32,000 nt of DNA, from assembly GCF_007748075.1 (NCBI RefSeq), contig NZ_CP036280.1, positions 2,430,001-2,462,000 of the forward strand, in the 5' to 3' direction. This document shows, one piece after another, positions 1 to 8,614 of this stretch. The translations under genes and the position numbers were made by a program. Position 1 is the stretch's first letter; each line of letters begins with the position of its first letter. The stretch comes from Mucisphaera calidilacus (GTDB lineage: Bacteria > Planctomycetota > Phycisphaerae > Phycisphaerales > Phycisphaeraceae). Below the pieces are notes generated by a model. The model was not told the DNA's origin. It did no database searches and saw only the letters and a program-made list of their open reading frames with translations.

Positions 1-522
1 GGGACGAGACTGCACGTGCCCGCGGGGTGGGTGCAGACCGAGGAAACCAACAACGAGGGCTGGCTCGATCAGACGGGGGGTTACCTGATCTTCATCGATC
101 CGGAGCGCCCCGCGTCGCGTCGGATCCGTCTGGCCTACATCGATCAGCCGGACGGGACGCGCGTGCCGGACGTGTTCCAGAAGTTCCTTGGCGACAAGAT
201 CAATTACTTCAAGCCGTTCGAGGAGAACATCCGGCGTTACCGGGGGAACACGCACAGCGCGACGACGGTGTCGAAGGTGTTCCCGATCGAGGTTCGGATG
301 GAGGGCCGGGTGATCCCCGGGCGTGCGCAGATCGATTTCGCGGTGCTGCACCGGAACAACTCGGACGGCGAGCGATTCTGGCTGATCTACCTCTCGGACG
401 TGATCCCGCCGGCGCCGGAGGGGGAGGAACTCAAGCGGATGAACGACTTCATTTTCCAGACGGCGGTGCGTCACGCGCGGCCCAAGGCGCCGTCGAGCGT
501 GCCGGAAGCGATCGGTCCCTGA
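1..522 (+). CDS. hypothetical protein; the frame is open to the 5' window edge and the first in-frame start is GTG at 16
   Basis: Frame 1 has no stop from nt 1 to TGA 520-522. Third positions are G/C-rich. The stop lies 1 nt before the next gene start. No motif recognised. Confidence 0.55.
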   Translation, partial: GTRLHVPAGWVQTEETNNEGWLDQTGGYLIFIDPERPASRRIRLAYIDQPDGTRVPDVFQKFLGDKINYFKPFEENIRRYRGNTHSATTVSKVFPIEVRMEGRVIPGRAQIDFAVLHRNNSDGERFWLIYLSDVIPPAPEGEELKRMNDFIFQTAVRHARPKAPSSVPEAIGP

Positions 523-523
523 C

Positions 524-1780
524 GTGATGATGCGTTGCTGCACCACGGTTCTGGTGGTTCTGTGTTGTCTCGTGCTGCCCGGCGTGTGCGCGGGCGCAAC
601 GTGGTCGGAACCGATGTTCGGGATCAGCATCGACTACCCAGACACGTGCGGCGTGGTGGAGCAGACGACCGACCGGGCGCTGGTGAAATTCGTGGGTCAC
701 GACGGCGTGGTGGGGAGTCTTTATCTGGAGACGCAGGAGCAGGACTGGGACCTGCCCGCGGTCAAGAAGCGTGCGCTGAGTCAGCTGGCGTTCGGGGCGA
801 AGCAGCCGCTGCTGGTGGAGGAGTCGCCGCACCGGACGATGGTGGCGGATCATCGTGCGCACTGGTGGACGCTGCGGACACAGACGGAAAACGGCGGGGA
901 CGTGCTGCTCGGTCAGTTGTTCATCATGCTCAGCCCGCGTCGGGTAGCGGTGATTCAGGTGGAGGCGGCGTGGGAGCAGCGAGACGAGGCGACGCGGCTG
1001 CTGCACGCGTTGCGCGAGGGCTTCTCGGTCGAGGCGCAGGAGCGTCTGGCGGAGGAGCACCTGGAGCGGCTGCGGGCGGGCGACCGTTGGCTCGGGGGCG
1101 TGCTGGAGGCGATGGCCACGCAGGCGGAGACGCAGACACGCTGGTATCTGATCGAGTCGGAGGGGCGGGCGATCGGGTACGAGCGGCGGGTGGTTCGTCC
1201 GACGACGGAGCTGGGTGTGTCGGGGTTGAGCGTGGAGGTGCGTCGGCACGTGGAAACGAATCGCCATCACGAGCGGACGATCGTCCGTGCGTTCGCCTCG
1301 GCGGACAGGCAGGTGGAGATCTGGGAGGCGCGGACGACGGTGACGGCGGCGGATCGACCCGGCGGTGCGGGTCTTGATTCGGCGACGACGGCGGTGCGTT
1401 CGGGGGAGGTGCTGAGCGTGACGTTCGAGTCGCCGACGCGGACCTGGCAGCGTGAGTTCCCGATCCCGGACATGGCTTATCTGCCGCTGGCGCACCAGCT
1501 GGCGATGGGTGTGGGGTGGCGTGATGCTGCGTCGGAGCCGGTGGCCTACTTCAGTTATTACATGCCGGTGGAGTTGATGGCGTTCGCGATCGCGGACGTA
1601 ACGGCGAGCCCGGCGGGCTGGGACGTTCGGCTGTACCCGGCGCCGAAGCGTGCGGCGCAGCGGCTGCGTTTTGGTCGTGACGGGGCGTTGCTGCGGCACG
1701 AGACGCCCGACGGCCGCGTGGTCCGGGTTGTGTCGCCGGGCGAGCTTCGGGCTGTTTTTGGTGACGAGCGGATACGCTGA
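524..1780 (+). CDS. hypothetical secreted protein
   Basis: The N-terminus MMMRCCTTVLVVLCCLVLPGVCAGA looks like a signal peptide. Codon bias is coding-like. The gene is tightly packed between its neighbours (gaps of 1 and 6 nt). No catalytic motif recognised. Confidence 0.7.
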   Translation: MMMRCCTTVLVVLCCLVLPGVCAGATWSEPMFGISIDYPDTCGVVEQTTDRALVKFVGHDGVVGSLYLETQEQDWDLPAVKKRALSQLAFGAKQPLLVEESPHRTMVADHRAHWWTLRTQTENGGDVLLGQLFIMLSPRRVAVIQVEAAWEQRDEATRLLHALREGFSVEAQERLAEEHLERLRAGDRWLGGVLEAMATQAETQTRWYLIESEGRAIGYERRVVRPTTELGVSGLSVEVRRHVETNRHHERTIVRAFASADRQVEIWEARTTVTAADRPGGAGLDSATTAVRSGEVLSVTFESPTRTWQREFPIPDMAYLPLAHQLAMGVGWRDAASEPVAYFSYYMPVELMAFAIADVTASPAGWDVRLYPAPKRAAQRLRFGRDGALLRHETPDGRVVRVVSPGELRAVFGDERIR

Positions 1781-1786
1781 GGGGCT

Positions 1787-2851
1787 ATGGACGCAGAACT
1801 TCGAATTGATGCGGACGCGGACGTTCGACTGGCCATCACCGGCGCGGGTGAGAGTCACCTGAAGCTGCTGCGTGAGGCGTTGGGCGTGCAGGTGACGTCG
1901 CGTGGCGAGTCGATCCGCGTGACGGGCGATCCGGGGCCGGTGCGTCGTGCGCTGGCGGTGCTGCGTGAGCTGTCGGAGCGGGCGGAGTCGCATCAGCCGA
2001 TGGACCGTCAGGCGCTGCTGGAGCGGATCACGTGGACCCCGCCGAGCGACGACCTGCCGGACGAGGCGCCGACGTTCTCGGCGGATCACCTCGATGTCTA
2101 TCTCGGCAACAAGGCGGTGCGCGGGATCACGGAGGGGCAGCGAAACTATCTGCGCACCATGAGCGAGCACGACCTGACGATCTGCACCGGGCCGGCGGGG
2201 ACGGGCAAGACCTACCTGGCGGTGGCGGCGGCGGTCGCGATGCTCAAGCGCGGGTTGGTGCGGAAGCTGATCCTGGCGCGGCCGGCGGTGGAGGCGGGGG
2301 AGAAGCTGGGTTTTTTGCCGGGGACGATGCAGGACAAGGTGAATCCGTACCTGCGGCCGCTACTCGACGCGTTGCAGGACATGATGGCCTTCGAGCAGGT
2401 TCAGCGTTTCATGGCGAACGACCTGATCGAGGTGATCCCGCTGGCGTTCATGCGCGGGCGGACGCTGAACCACGCCTGGATCATCCTGGACGAGGCGCAG
2501 AACACGACACGCGGCCAGATGATGATGTTCCTGACGCGTCTGGGGCATGGCTCGAAGATGGTGGTGACGGGGGACACGTCGCAGATCGACCTGGAGGACC
2601 CGCGGGACTCGGGGCTGATCGATGCGGCACGGCGACTGAGGCGGACGCAGGGCGTCGGGATGGTTAGCCTGGGCGCTCCGGATATCGTGCGTCACGGGCT
2701 GGTGCAGCGGATTATCGCGGCTTATGAGCCGGCGGAGCGTCGGCGTCGCCTTGAGGGTGTGGAATCAGCCGATGAGAACCCCGGGGCTAGCCCGAGTGGC
2801 GAGTCTTCAGGCCCGGTAAACTACGGTTCGGATCAGCAGGGAGCCGTCTGA
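1787..2851 (+). CDS. phoH: PhoH-family ATPase (YbeZ-like)
   Basis: Walker A GPAGTGKTYLAVA, Walker B/DEAQN box ILDEAQNTT, and the PhoH signature LGFLPGT..KV.PYLRPL.DAL. Confidence 0.9.
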   Translation: MDAELRIDADADVRLAITGAGESHLKLLREALGVQVTSRGESIRVTGDPGPVRRALAVLRELSERAESHQPMDRQALLERITWTPPSDDLPDEAPTFSADHLDVYLGNKAVRGITEGQRNYLRTMSEHDLTICTGPAGTGKTYLAVAAAVAMLKRGLVRKLILARPAVEAGEKLGFLPGTMQDKVNPYLRPLLDALQDMMAFEQVQRFMANDLIEVIPLAFMRGRTLNHAWIILDEAQNTTRGQMMMFLTRLGHGSKMVVTGDTSQIDLEDPRDSGLIDAARRLRRTQGVGMVSLGAPDIVRHGLVQRIIAAYEPAERRRRLEGVESADENPGASPSGESSGPVNYGSDQQGAV

Positions 2852-2853
2852 GC

Positions 2854-5139
2854 ATGGCCAAACAGACGTCGGCACGTCGACGCGAAGTCAGGAAGACCGT
2901 CTCCCGCGAGCGTGGGACTCGGTTCGAGCTGTTCCGCAACCGTGCGACTGTGTTCGCGGTGCTCTTCACGCTGCTGCTGGGCGGGGCAAGCGGCCTGATC
3001 GCGGTGTCGTCGCAGCAGCAGGTGGGGGTGTATCTGGGTGCGTTGACGACGGAGCCGGTGATCGCGCGGGTGGCGTTCGAGGTGATCAACGAGCCGGCGT
3101 CGGCGCAGCGTCGGGAGAACGCGGCGAACGCGGTGCCGAACGTATACCGGGCGAACGACGCCTGGCTGAACCAGGTGCGGGAGGAACTCAAGGGGCTGCC
3201 GACGCTGGTGAACGCGGAGACGACGGGGGAGTCGGCCCCCTACGGCCTGAACGAGGAGGGCCTGGCGCGGCTGGCGGATTTCGCGTCGCGGCCGGACGGC
3301 CAGAAGCAGTGGGATCAGCAGGTGGACGGGTTTCTGCGTCGCGTCTTCACGCGCCCGGTGCTGGCACAAGACCGTGTCGACAGCGAGCGGACGAATCAGA
3401 ACCGGCTGACGCTTTTGCACCCCGACCCGTCGGAGACGACGGACGCGGAGATCCGCGCGTATCACTACGACCTATTGTCGGTGGCGGACACGGAAGCGGT
3501 TCAGACGGCGATCCTGTCGGCGGCGCGTGATTTCAACCCGTCGCTCCGCCGACCCATCACGACGCTGGTGGTTCAGCGTCTGCGTCCGATCTACCAGTTC
3601 GACGAGTCGGCGACGCGTGAGCGTCGTGATGCGGCGCGTCTGGCCGCGGCGCCGCAGATCGATACCTACGCGTCGCAGCAGGTGCTGGTGCCGGCGAGCA
3701 CGCGTCTGACCGAGGCTCACATCACGCTGATCGAGCACGAGCGGGCGCAGTACAAGTTGCACCTGCCCATCTGGGCTGCGTGGCTGCGTGTGCTGGGCGT
3801 GATGGGCGTGAGCACGTTCATCGCGGGCTGCCTGTGGTTTTACGCTTATTCGTTCCAGGACCGGATCCGTCGCAACCCGACGCGTGGCCTGGCGCTGATC
3901 GGTCTGATCCTGCTATGCCAGCTGATGCCGGCGGTCGCGCTGCGTTTCAACGCGGGGGGGAACACGCTGATCATCGCGACGGGGTTCGCGGTGAGCCTTT
4001 CGGCGATCATCCTGGCGCTGGTGTACGGGCAGCGTTTCGCGTTGGCGGCGGCGATCATCCAGGTAGCGCTCATCGGGCTGACGCTGAAGCTCAACCTGAT
4101 CGAGACGGCGGCGTTGCTCGCGGCGGCGGGGACGGCGATCGCGCTGCTCCAGGAGGTCCGTCACCGCTCGGCGATCGTGCGTGCGGGGTTGTACGGTGGG
4201 CTGGCGATGCTGGTGATGATGAGCCTGGTGGGGTTGTCGCAGGACGACCTGGCTTTTTCGGATGCGTTGAACCACATCGCGCGCGAGGCGATCTGGGCGG
4301 GGATCGGCGTGGGGCTGGCGGGGATCGTGGTGCAGAGCTTCCTGCCCCAGGTCGAGCGTCTGTTCCAGGTGACGACGGCGATGACGCTCAAGGAGTTGAA
4401 CGACGCGTCGCACCCGCTCTTGCAGCGTCTGGCACAGGAGGCGCCGGGGACGTATCAGCACTCACTGCGGATCGCGGACATGGCGGAGGGTGCCGCGGAC
4501 GCGATCGGCGCGGATGGCCTGCTCTGCCGGGTGGGCTCGATGTACCACGACATCGGGAAGATCCACAAGCCGAGCTACTTCATCGAGAACCAGGGCGACG
4601 GCCCGAACCGCCACGACAAGCTGTCGCCCGCGATGTCGCTGCTGATCATCGTGGGTCACGTCAAGGACGGGATCGAGATGGCGAAGGAGTACCGCCTGCC
4701 GACGCCGATCCGCCAGTTCATCGAGACGCACCACGGGACGACGCTGGTGGAGTATTTCTTCCACGCGGCGAAGAAGAAGTCGGAGGCGTCGGGCGAGACG
4801 ACGAGCGAGTTCGAGTTCCGGTACCCGGGGCCCAAGCCGCAGTCCAAGGAGGCGGCGATCATGCTGCTGTGCGACGGCATCGAGGGCGCGGCGCGGGCGA
4901 TGGCCGACCCGAACCCGATCCGTCTGGAGCAGATCGTGCACACGATGGCGTCGAAGCGGCTGAACGACGGGCAGTTCGACGAGTGTTCGCTGACGCTCCA
5001 GGATCTGTCGTCGATCGAGAAGTCGATCACCAAGACGTTGCAGGCGATGTATCACGGACGGATCAAGTACCCCGAGAAGGAGGAGGCGGAGGAGCGTCAC
5101 GCGCCGCCTCACATCGCGGGTCAGGCGAGCCGGATCTGA
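2854..5139 (+). CDS. pgpH: 7TM receptor with intracellular HD/HDIG phosphohydrolase domain (YqfF/PgpH family)
   Basis: There is an N-terminal TM and extracellular region, then a multi-TM block (aa ~310-480). The HD domain carries HSLRIADMAEG and MYHDIGKIHKP. The gene follows phoH directly, which is a conserved pairing. Confidence 0.88.
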   Translation: MAKQTSARRREVRKTVSRERGTRFELFRNRATVFAVLFTLLLGGASGLIAVSSQQQVGVYLGALTTEPVIARVAFEVINEPASAQRRENAANAVPNVYRANDAWLNQVREELKGLPTLVNAETTGESAPYGLNEEGLARLADFASRPDGQKQWDQQVDGFLRRVFTRPVLAQDRVDSERTNQNRLTLLHPDPSETTDAEIRAYHYDLLSVADTEAVQTAILSAARDFNPSLRRPITTLVVQRLRPIYQFDESATRERRDAARLAAAPQIDTYASQQVLVPASTRLTEAHITLIEHERAQYKLHLPIWAAWLRVLGVMGVSTFIAGCLWFYAYSFQDRIRRNPTRGLALIGLILLCQLMPAVALRFNAGGNTLIIATGFAVSLSAIILALVYGQRFALAAAIIQVALIGLTLKLNLIETAALLAAAGTAIALLQEVRHRSAIVRAGLYGGLAMLVMMSLVGLSQDDLAFSDALNHIAREAIWAGIGVGLAGIVVQSFLPQVERLFQVTTAMTLKELNDASHPLLQRLAQEAPGTYQHSLRIADMAEGAADAIGADGLLCRVGSMYHDIGKIHKPSYFIENQGDGPNRHDKLSPAMSLLIIVGHVKDGIEMAKEYRLPTPIRQFIETHHGTTLVEYFFHAAKKKSEASGETTSEFEFRYPGPKPQSKEAAIMLLCDGIEGAARAMADPNPIRLEQIVHTMASKRLNDGQFDECSLTLQDLSSIEKSITKTLQAMYHGRIKYPEKEEAEERHAPPHIAGQASRI

Positions 5140-5161
5140 GTTTGTTGTCGTTCGGGGCATG

Positions 5162-5195
5162 AAAAAACCCCGTCGCGGAGACGGGGTTGTGTTGT
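5162..5195. terminator. bidirectional intrinsic terminator between convergent pgpH and rplI
   Basis: Perfect 8-bp stem ACCCCGTC (5167-5174) / GACGGGGT (5180-5187) with a 5-nt loop. It is preceded by AAAAAA (a U-tract for the minus-strand rplI transcript) and followed by TGTGTTGT. Confidence 0.7.
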
Positions 5196-5215
5196 CGTGC
5201 GACGGGATGCCGGGC

Positions 5216-5788
5216 TCAGGCCTCGGCGGCCTCGGTCTTCTCTTCGGCCGGTGCGTCGGCGGGAGCTTCGGCCTGGGTTTCGCCGTGCTCGCCCTGCTCC
5301 TCGGCCTCTTCGACTTCCTCGTCGAGGTCGAGGGGTCGGTCGGAGACGATGTTGAGGGTGATCTCGGTCTTGAGATCCTTGTTGAGCCACACGGGGATGT
5401 GGTACTGGTCGATGCGTTTGACCTGGTTGCCGATGCGGATGTGTCGGTCTTCGACGGCGAAGCCGGCCTCGCGGAGGGACTCGGCGATCTCGTGCTGCGA
5501 GACACCGCCGAAGAGCACGCCCTGGTCGTTGGCGGCGCGTTCGAGGGTGAGCTCGTAGCCGGCGATCTTCTCGATGAGTGCTTCCTGCTCGCTGCGGATG
5601 CGTTCCTGCTCGGCGGCGGCCTTGGCGCGGACATCGGCGAGGGCGGCGACCTTCTCTTCGGTGGGAGGCTCGGCGAAGCCGCGGGGCAACAGGTAGTTGC
5701 GTGCGAAGCCGGGCTTGACCTTGACGACGTCGCCAACGAGTCCGAGGTTATCGATGGATTCGAGCAGCAGCAGTTCGACCTGCTTCAT
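5216..5788 (-). CDS. rplI: 50S ribosomal protein L9
   Basis: MKQVELLLLESIDNLGLVGDVVKVKPGFARNYLLPRGFA is the canonical L9 N-terminus. An AGGAGG RBS sits upstream. The protein has an acidic C-terminal extension of about 40 aa. Confidence 0.95.
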   Translation of the reverse strand: MKQVELLLLESIDNLGLVGDVVKVKPGFARNYLLPRGFAEPPTEEKVAALADVRAKAAAEQERIRSEQEALIEKIAGYELTLERAANDQGVLFGGVSQHEIAESLREAGFAVEDRHIRIGNQVKRIDQYHIPVWLNKDLKTEITLNIVSDRPLDLDEEVEEAEEQGEHGETQAEAPADAPAEEKTEAAEA

Positions 5789-5903
5789 GGTGTCCTCCTG
5801 GGCTGCGTGCGGGCAGCGGTCTGAGAGTTAGGCGTCGGTCGTCACGATCTCGACCGGCACACCAGCATGCACGCATCACGTTGATGGGTGCGTTGGTTGT
5901 TGA

Positions 5904-6380
5904 TCAGAACGGGATGTCGTCTTCGGGGATGGGCTCGTGGCCGCGGCTGCTGCCGCCGTCGTAGTCGTCGCCGTTGTTGCGGTTGCCCGAGCTGCGGGAC
6001 TGGCTTCGTCCGCCGCCTCCGCCACCACCACCGCCGCCGCCGCTGTCGCGTGCTCCGACGAACTCGAAGGACTCGATGACGACCTTGACCTTGGAGCGTT
6101 TGTTGCCCTCGCGGTCTTCCCAGGACTCCCAGCGGAGCTTGCCCTCGAGGAGGATGGGCTTGCCCTTGCTGAAGAAGCGGTTGATGTTCTCGGCGGTTCG
6201 GCCGAAGGCGGTGCAGTCGAAGAAGTTGGCACGGTCCTGCCACTCGCCGGTCTGCCCGCTCTTGTAGCGTTCGTTGACGGCGAGGCCGATGTCGGCGACG
6301 GCGGTGTTGTTGGGCAGCATGCGCAGCTCGACGTCACGGGTGAGGTTGCCCATGAGGACGACGCGATTGAAACTCGGCAT
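5904..6380 (-). CDS. ssb: single-stranded DNA-binding protein
   Basis: OB-fold N-terminus NRVVLMGNLTRDVELR, a Gly-rich linker and the canonical acidic tip DDIPF. A GGAG RBS is present. Confidence 0.95.
   Translation of the reverse strand: MPSFNRVVLMGNLTRDVELRMLPNNTAVADIGLAVNERYKSGQTGEWQDRANFFDCTAFGRTAENINRFFSKGKPILLEGKLRWESWEDREGNKRSKVKVVIESFEFVGARDSGGGGGGGGGGGRSQSRSSGNRNNGDDYDGGSSRGHEPIPEDDIPF
6009..6041 (-). repeat. low-complexity (GCC/ACC)n tract encoding an 11-residue poly-Gly run in SSB
   Basis: tccgccgcctccgccaccaccaccgccgccgcc is eleven consecutive Gly codons on the minus strand. Confidence 0.8.
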
Positions 6381-6433
6381 GAGTCAGCTCCGTGTGTGAG
6401 AGAGGCGGGGCGTTGTGTTCGAGGTAATACGGC

Positions 6434-6967
6434 TTACGGCGTGTCGTCTTCGGCGGGTGCCTGCTCGGCCTCGGCGACGGCGGTCTCTGCCTCGGCCTGG
6501 GGCGCTTCGGCCTGTTCTTCGGCGGGGGCGACGGGCTTGGCCTGGACGGCGAGCGACTCGGCGCCGGAGCGTGCGGGCGTTTCTTCGCGACGGTCGCGGA
6601 GCTTGGCCTCGAGCTCGGCGGCTCCCTCGGCGTCCTTGAGCGCGAGTTCGATCTCGGTCTCGCCCATGTAGTCGGCCTTGAGGACCATCTGGCGGAGGAC
6701 GATCTCGGAGAGGCGGCAGTCGTTCTCGAGGTCCATCAGCTTGGCGGGGGGTGCCTTGAAGAGGGCGAGGAAGAAGGTCCCGCGCTTCTGGCCGTTGATG
6801 GTGTAGGCGAGGCGACGCTCTTCCCACTTGCGGAAGACGACGATGTCGGCCTCGGCGCGTTCGAGCAGGCCGCGAATGTGATCGACGACGCCTCCGAAGT
6901 CGGTGGCGACGGCGCCCTGCTCGGCGAGGAACATGGCTTCGTAAAGAACCTTGGCGGTATCGGACAT
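6434..6967 (-). CDS. rpsF: 30S ribosomal protein S6
   Basis: YEAMFL...IVVFRKWEERRLAYTINGQKRGTFFLALF matches S6. I place the start at ATG 6967 (MSDTAK) because an AGGAG RBS precedes it and S6 homology begins there. The ORF-track start at 7033 adds 22 non-homologous residues. The C-terminal tail is long and Ala/Glu/Pro-rich. Confidence 0.92.
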   Translation of the reverse strand: MSDTAKVLYEAMFLAEQGAVATDFGGVVDHIRGLLERAEADIVVFRKWEERRLAYTINGQKRGTFFLALFKAPPAKLMDLENDCRLSEIVLRQMVLKADYMGETEIELALKDAEGAAELEAKLRDRREETPARSGAESLAVQAKPVAPAEEQAEAPQAEAETAVAEAEQAPAEDDTP

Positions 6968-6988
6968 GGAGGGGGCTCCTGGGGCTGC

Positions 6989-7044
6989 CGCGGGCCGGTC
7001 CCCCCGGCGGAGTCGATCCGGGGGCGGGTCCATGCCGGACCGCG
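6989..7044 (-). promoter_or_regulatory. nested GC-rich stem-loop in the rpsF 5' leader (candidate autoregulatory leader)
   Basis: Outer arms are 6989-6998 / 7035-7044 (9 of 10 bp). The inner stem is CCCCCGG 7001-7007 / CCGGGGG 7018-7024 (7 bp). The structure lies 22-77 nt upstream of the rpsF ATG. Confidence 0.35.
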
Positions 7045-7127
7045 TGGCGAATCGGGGATCATAACAGAATCAGGGGTGCGGGCCAAGTGGCGTGGAGACA
7101 AGGGTCTAGCGAGGCCTCTACCACCGA

Positions 7128-8222
7128 TCACGCCATCTGCAGCGCCTGCTCGTCGGCGTGATAGCTCGAACGCACGAGCGGGCCGGACTCGACGTGACGC
7201 AGGCCCTGCTGCTTGCCGTAGCGTGCGTACTCGGCGAAGGCGTCGGGGGTGACCCAGCGTGAGATCGGCAGGTGGTTCTTCGTGGGCTGGAGGTACTGGC
7301 CGATGGTAAGGATGTCGCAGGTCTCGTGGACGCCCGGGTACGTCGCGGCGGGGTGGGCGAGCTGGTCGGCGCGGGGGTGGGCACTGAGGGGGACGACGGG
7401 GTCGGATCGCCATGCGTCGTCGTAGGGCAGCGAGCGATCGGGGTCGGGGATGGCGAGCGGGTCGCGGTTGGTTTCGGGGTCGGAGGCTGCGACGCCGGGG
7501 ACGCGCACGGCCTCGACAACGTCGTCGATGAGGGTGAGGACCTCGTCGTCTTTCTCGCCGATGCCGACCATGATGCCGGTCTTGACGGTGAGTCCCTGCT
7601 GCTTGCCGCGTCGGAGCAGTTCGAGGGAGCGCCGGTAGCGGGCCTGGGGGCGGACGGCGGTGTAGAGGCGTGGGACGGTCTCGAGGTTGTGGTTGAGGAT
7701 CTCGGGTCGTTCGTCGAGGACGATCTGGAGGGCGTCCCAGTCGCCACAGAAGTCGGGGATGAGGACCTCGACCTGGGTGCCGGGCGACGCCTTGCGGATC
7801 TCGCGGATGGTGGCGGCCCAGATCGTTGCCCCGCCGTCGGGGAGCTCGTCGCGGTTGACGGAGGTGATGACGATGTGCTTGAGCCTGAGGATGGCGGCCA
7901 TCTCGCCGACGCGACGGGGCTCGTCGGTGTCGTAGACGGGTGGCTTGCCGGTCTTGATGTGGCAGAAGCCGCAGGAGCGTGTGCAGACGTCGCCAAGGAT
8001 CATGATGGTGGCGGTGCCGCGTGCCCAGCACTCGCCCATGTTGGGGCACTTGGCGGAGGAGCAGACGGTGTGGAGGCCGTGCTCGTTGAGGAGGGAGCGG
8101 ACGCGCGCGAAGCCCTCGCCGCCGGGGAGCGGTGCGCGAAGCCAGGCGGGCTTCTTGCGACGCACGTAGTCGGCGGGGTCGGGGGCGTCGGTGAGGATGC
8201 GGTCGGAGAGACTGAACTTCAT
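7128..8222 (-). CDS. lipA: lipoyl synthase
   Basis: Auxiliary cluster motif [12 protein letters not shown], radical-SAM CTRSCGFC, and C-terminal [10 protein letters not shown]...RSSYHA. The protein is about 50-60 aa longer than usual because of an internal insertion (aa ~238-300). Confidence 0.95.
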   Translation of the reverse strand: MKFSLSDRILTDAPDPADYVRRKKPAWLRAPLPGGEGFARVRSLLNEHGLHTVCSSAKCPNMGECWARGTATIMILGDVCTRSCGFCHIKTGKPPVYDTDEPRRVGEMAAILRLKHIVITSVNRDELPDGGATIWAATIREIRKASPGTQVEVLIPDFCGDWDALQIVLDERPEILNHNLETVPRLYTAVRPQARYRRSLELLRRGKQQGLTVKTGIMVGIGEKDDEVLTLIDDVVEAVRVPGVAASDPETNRDPLAIPDPDRSLPYDDAWRSDPVVPLSAHPRADQLAHPAATYPGVHETCDILTIGQYLQPTKNHLPISRWVTPDAFAEYARYGKQQGLRHVESGPLVRSSYHADEQALQMA

Positions 8223-8249
8223 ACCGAGAGTCTAGTCACTGAGGGCAAT

Positions 8250-8274
8250 AAAAAACCCGCCTAGGTCGACGGGT
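8250..8274 (-). terminator. possible intrinsic terminator after the 8300-8614 gene
   Basis: On the minus strand the sequence reads ACCCG-loop-CGGGT followed by TTTTTT (plus-strand A-run 8250-8255). The stem is short (5 bp). Confidence 0.4.
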
Positions 8275-8299
8275 CGTGGAAAGCGTGGTGGGTGCCGGG

Positions 8300-8614
8300 T
8301 CAGGCCGGGGAGACCTCGACGAAGCGTTGGATCGAGGCGAGGTCGCGGATGACGTCGACCGTGGCCTTGACCTTGCCCTGCTCGCCGGGCAGGCAGCGGA
8401 CGTGCTCCTGCTTGGGGATGCGGATGATCCAGGTGCGTCCGCCACGGCCGTGGGGCCGGTTGTGGCGTTCGCGGGCACGGCGTTGGCGCTTGGTGTGCTC
8501 GTTGATCTCGGGGTCCTTGTTCAGGACACGGATCAGGGTCTTGCGGGCGGCCTCGTTGGTGGGCTGCTTGGTGACCTTGACCAGCACGTCGCTGCCGGGG
8601 GTGATGTCTGCCAT
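8300..8614 (-). CDS. small basic hypothetical protein (104 aa)
   Basis: Start ATG 8614 (MADITPG) is preceded by a GAAGGAA RBS. Codon bias is coding-like. The centre is Lys/Arg-rich (HTKRQRRARERHNRPHGRGGR). No family recognised. Confidence 0.65.
   Translation of the reverse strand: MADITPGSDVLVKVTKQPTNEAARKTLIRVLNKDPEINEHTKRQRRARERHNRPHGRGGRTWIIRIPKQEHVRCLPGEQGKVKATVDVIRDLASIQRFVEVSPA

Noticed and set aside
449-2170. 573-aa minus-strand ORF overlapping the first three plus-strand genes. Similar long ORFs are 2833-3465(-), 4462-5736(-), 5159-5824(+), 6736-8049(-), 7272-8264(+), 10075-11313(+), 11250-12101(-), 14911-15900(-), 15908-17059(-), 16789-17541(+), 18059-18925(+), 22154-23416(+), 24241-25656(+), 27909-28871(-), 28868-29725(-), 30309-31187(-) and 30992-31966(-).
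   Set aside because: All are Arg/Pro/His- or Gly/Asp/Val-rich low-complexity translations with no motifs. They lie antisense or out of frame to genes with clear family signatures. Stop-codon-poor alternative frames are expected in GC-rich DNA.
6968-7033. Upstream ATG at 7033 extending rpsF by 22 residues (MDPPPDRLRRGDRPAAAPGAPS)
   Set aside because: The extension has no S6 homology. ATG 6967 has a well-spaced AGGAG RBS, and the extension coincides with the structured leader.
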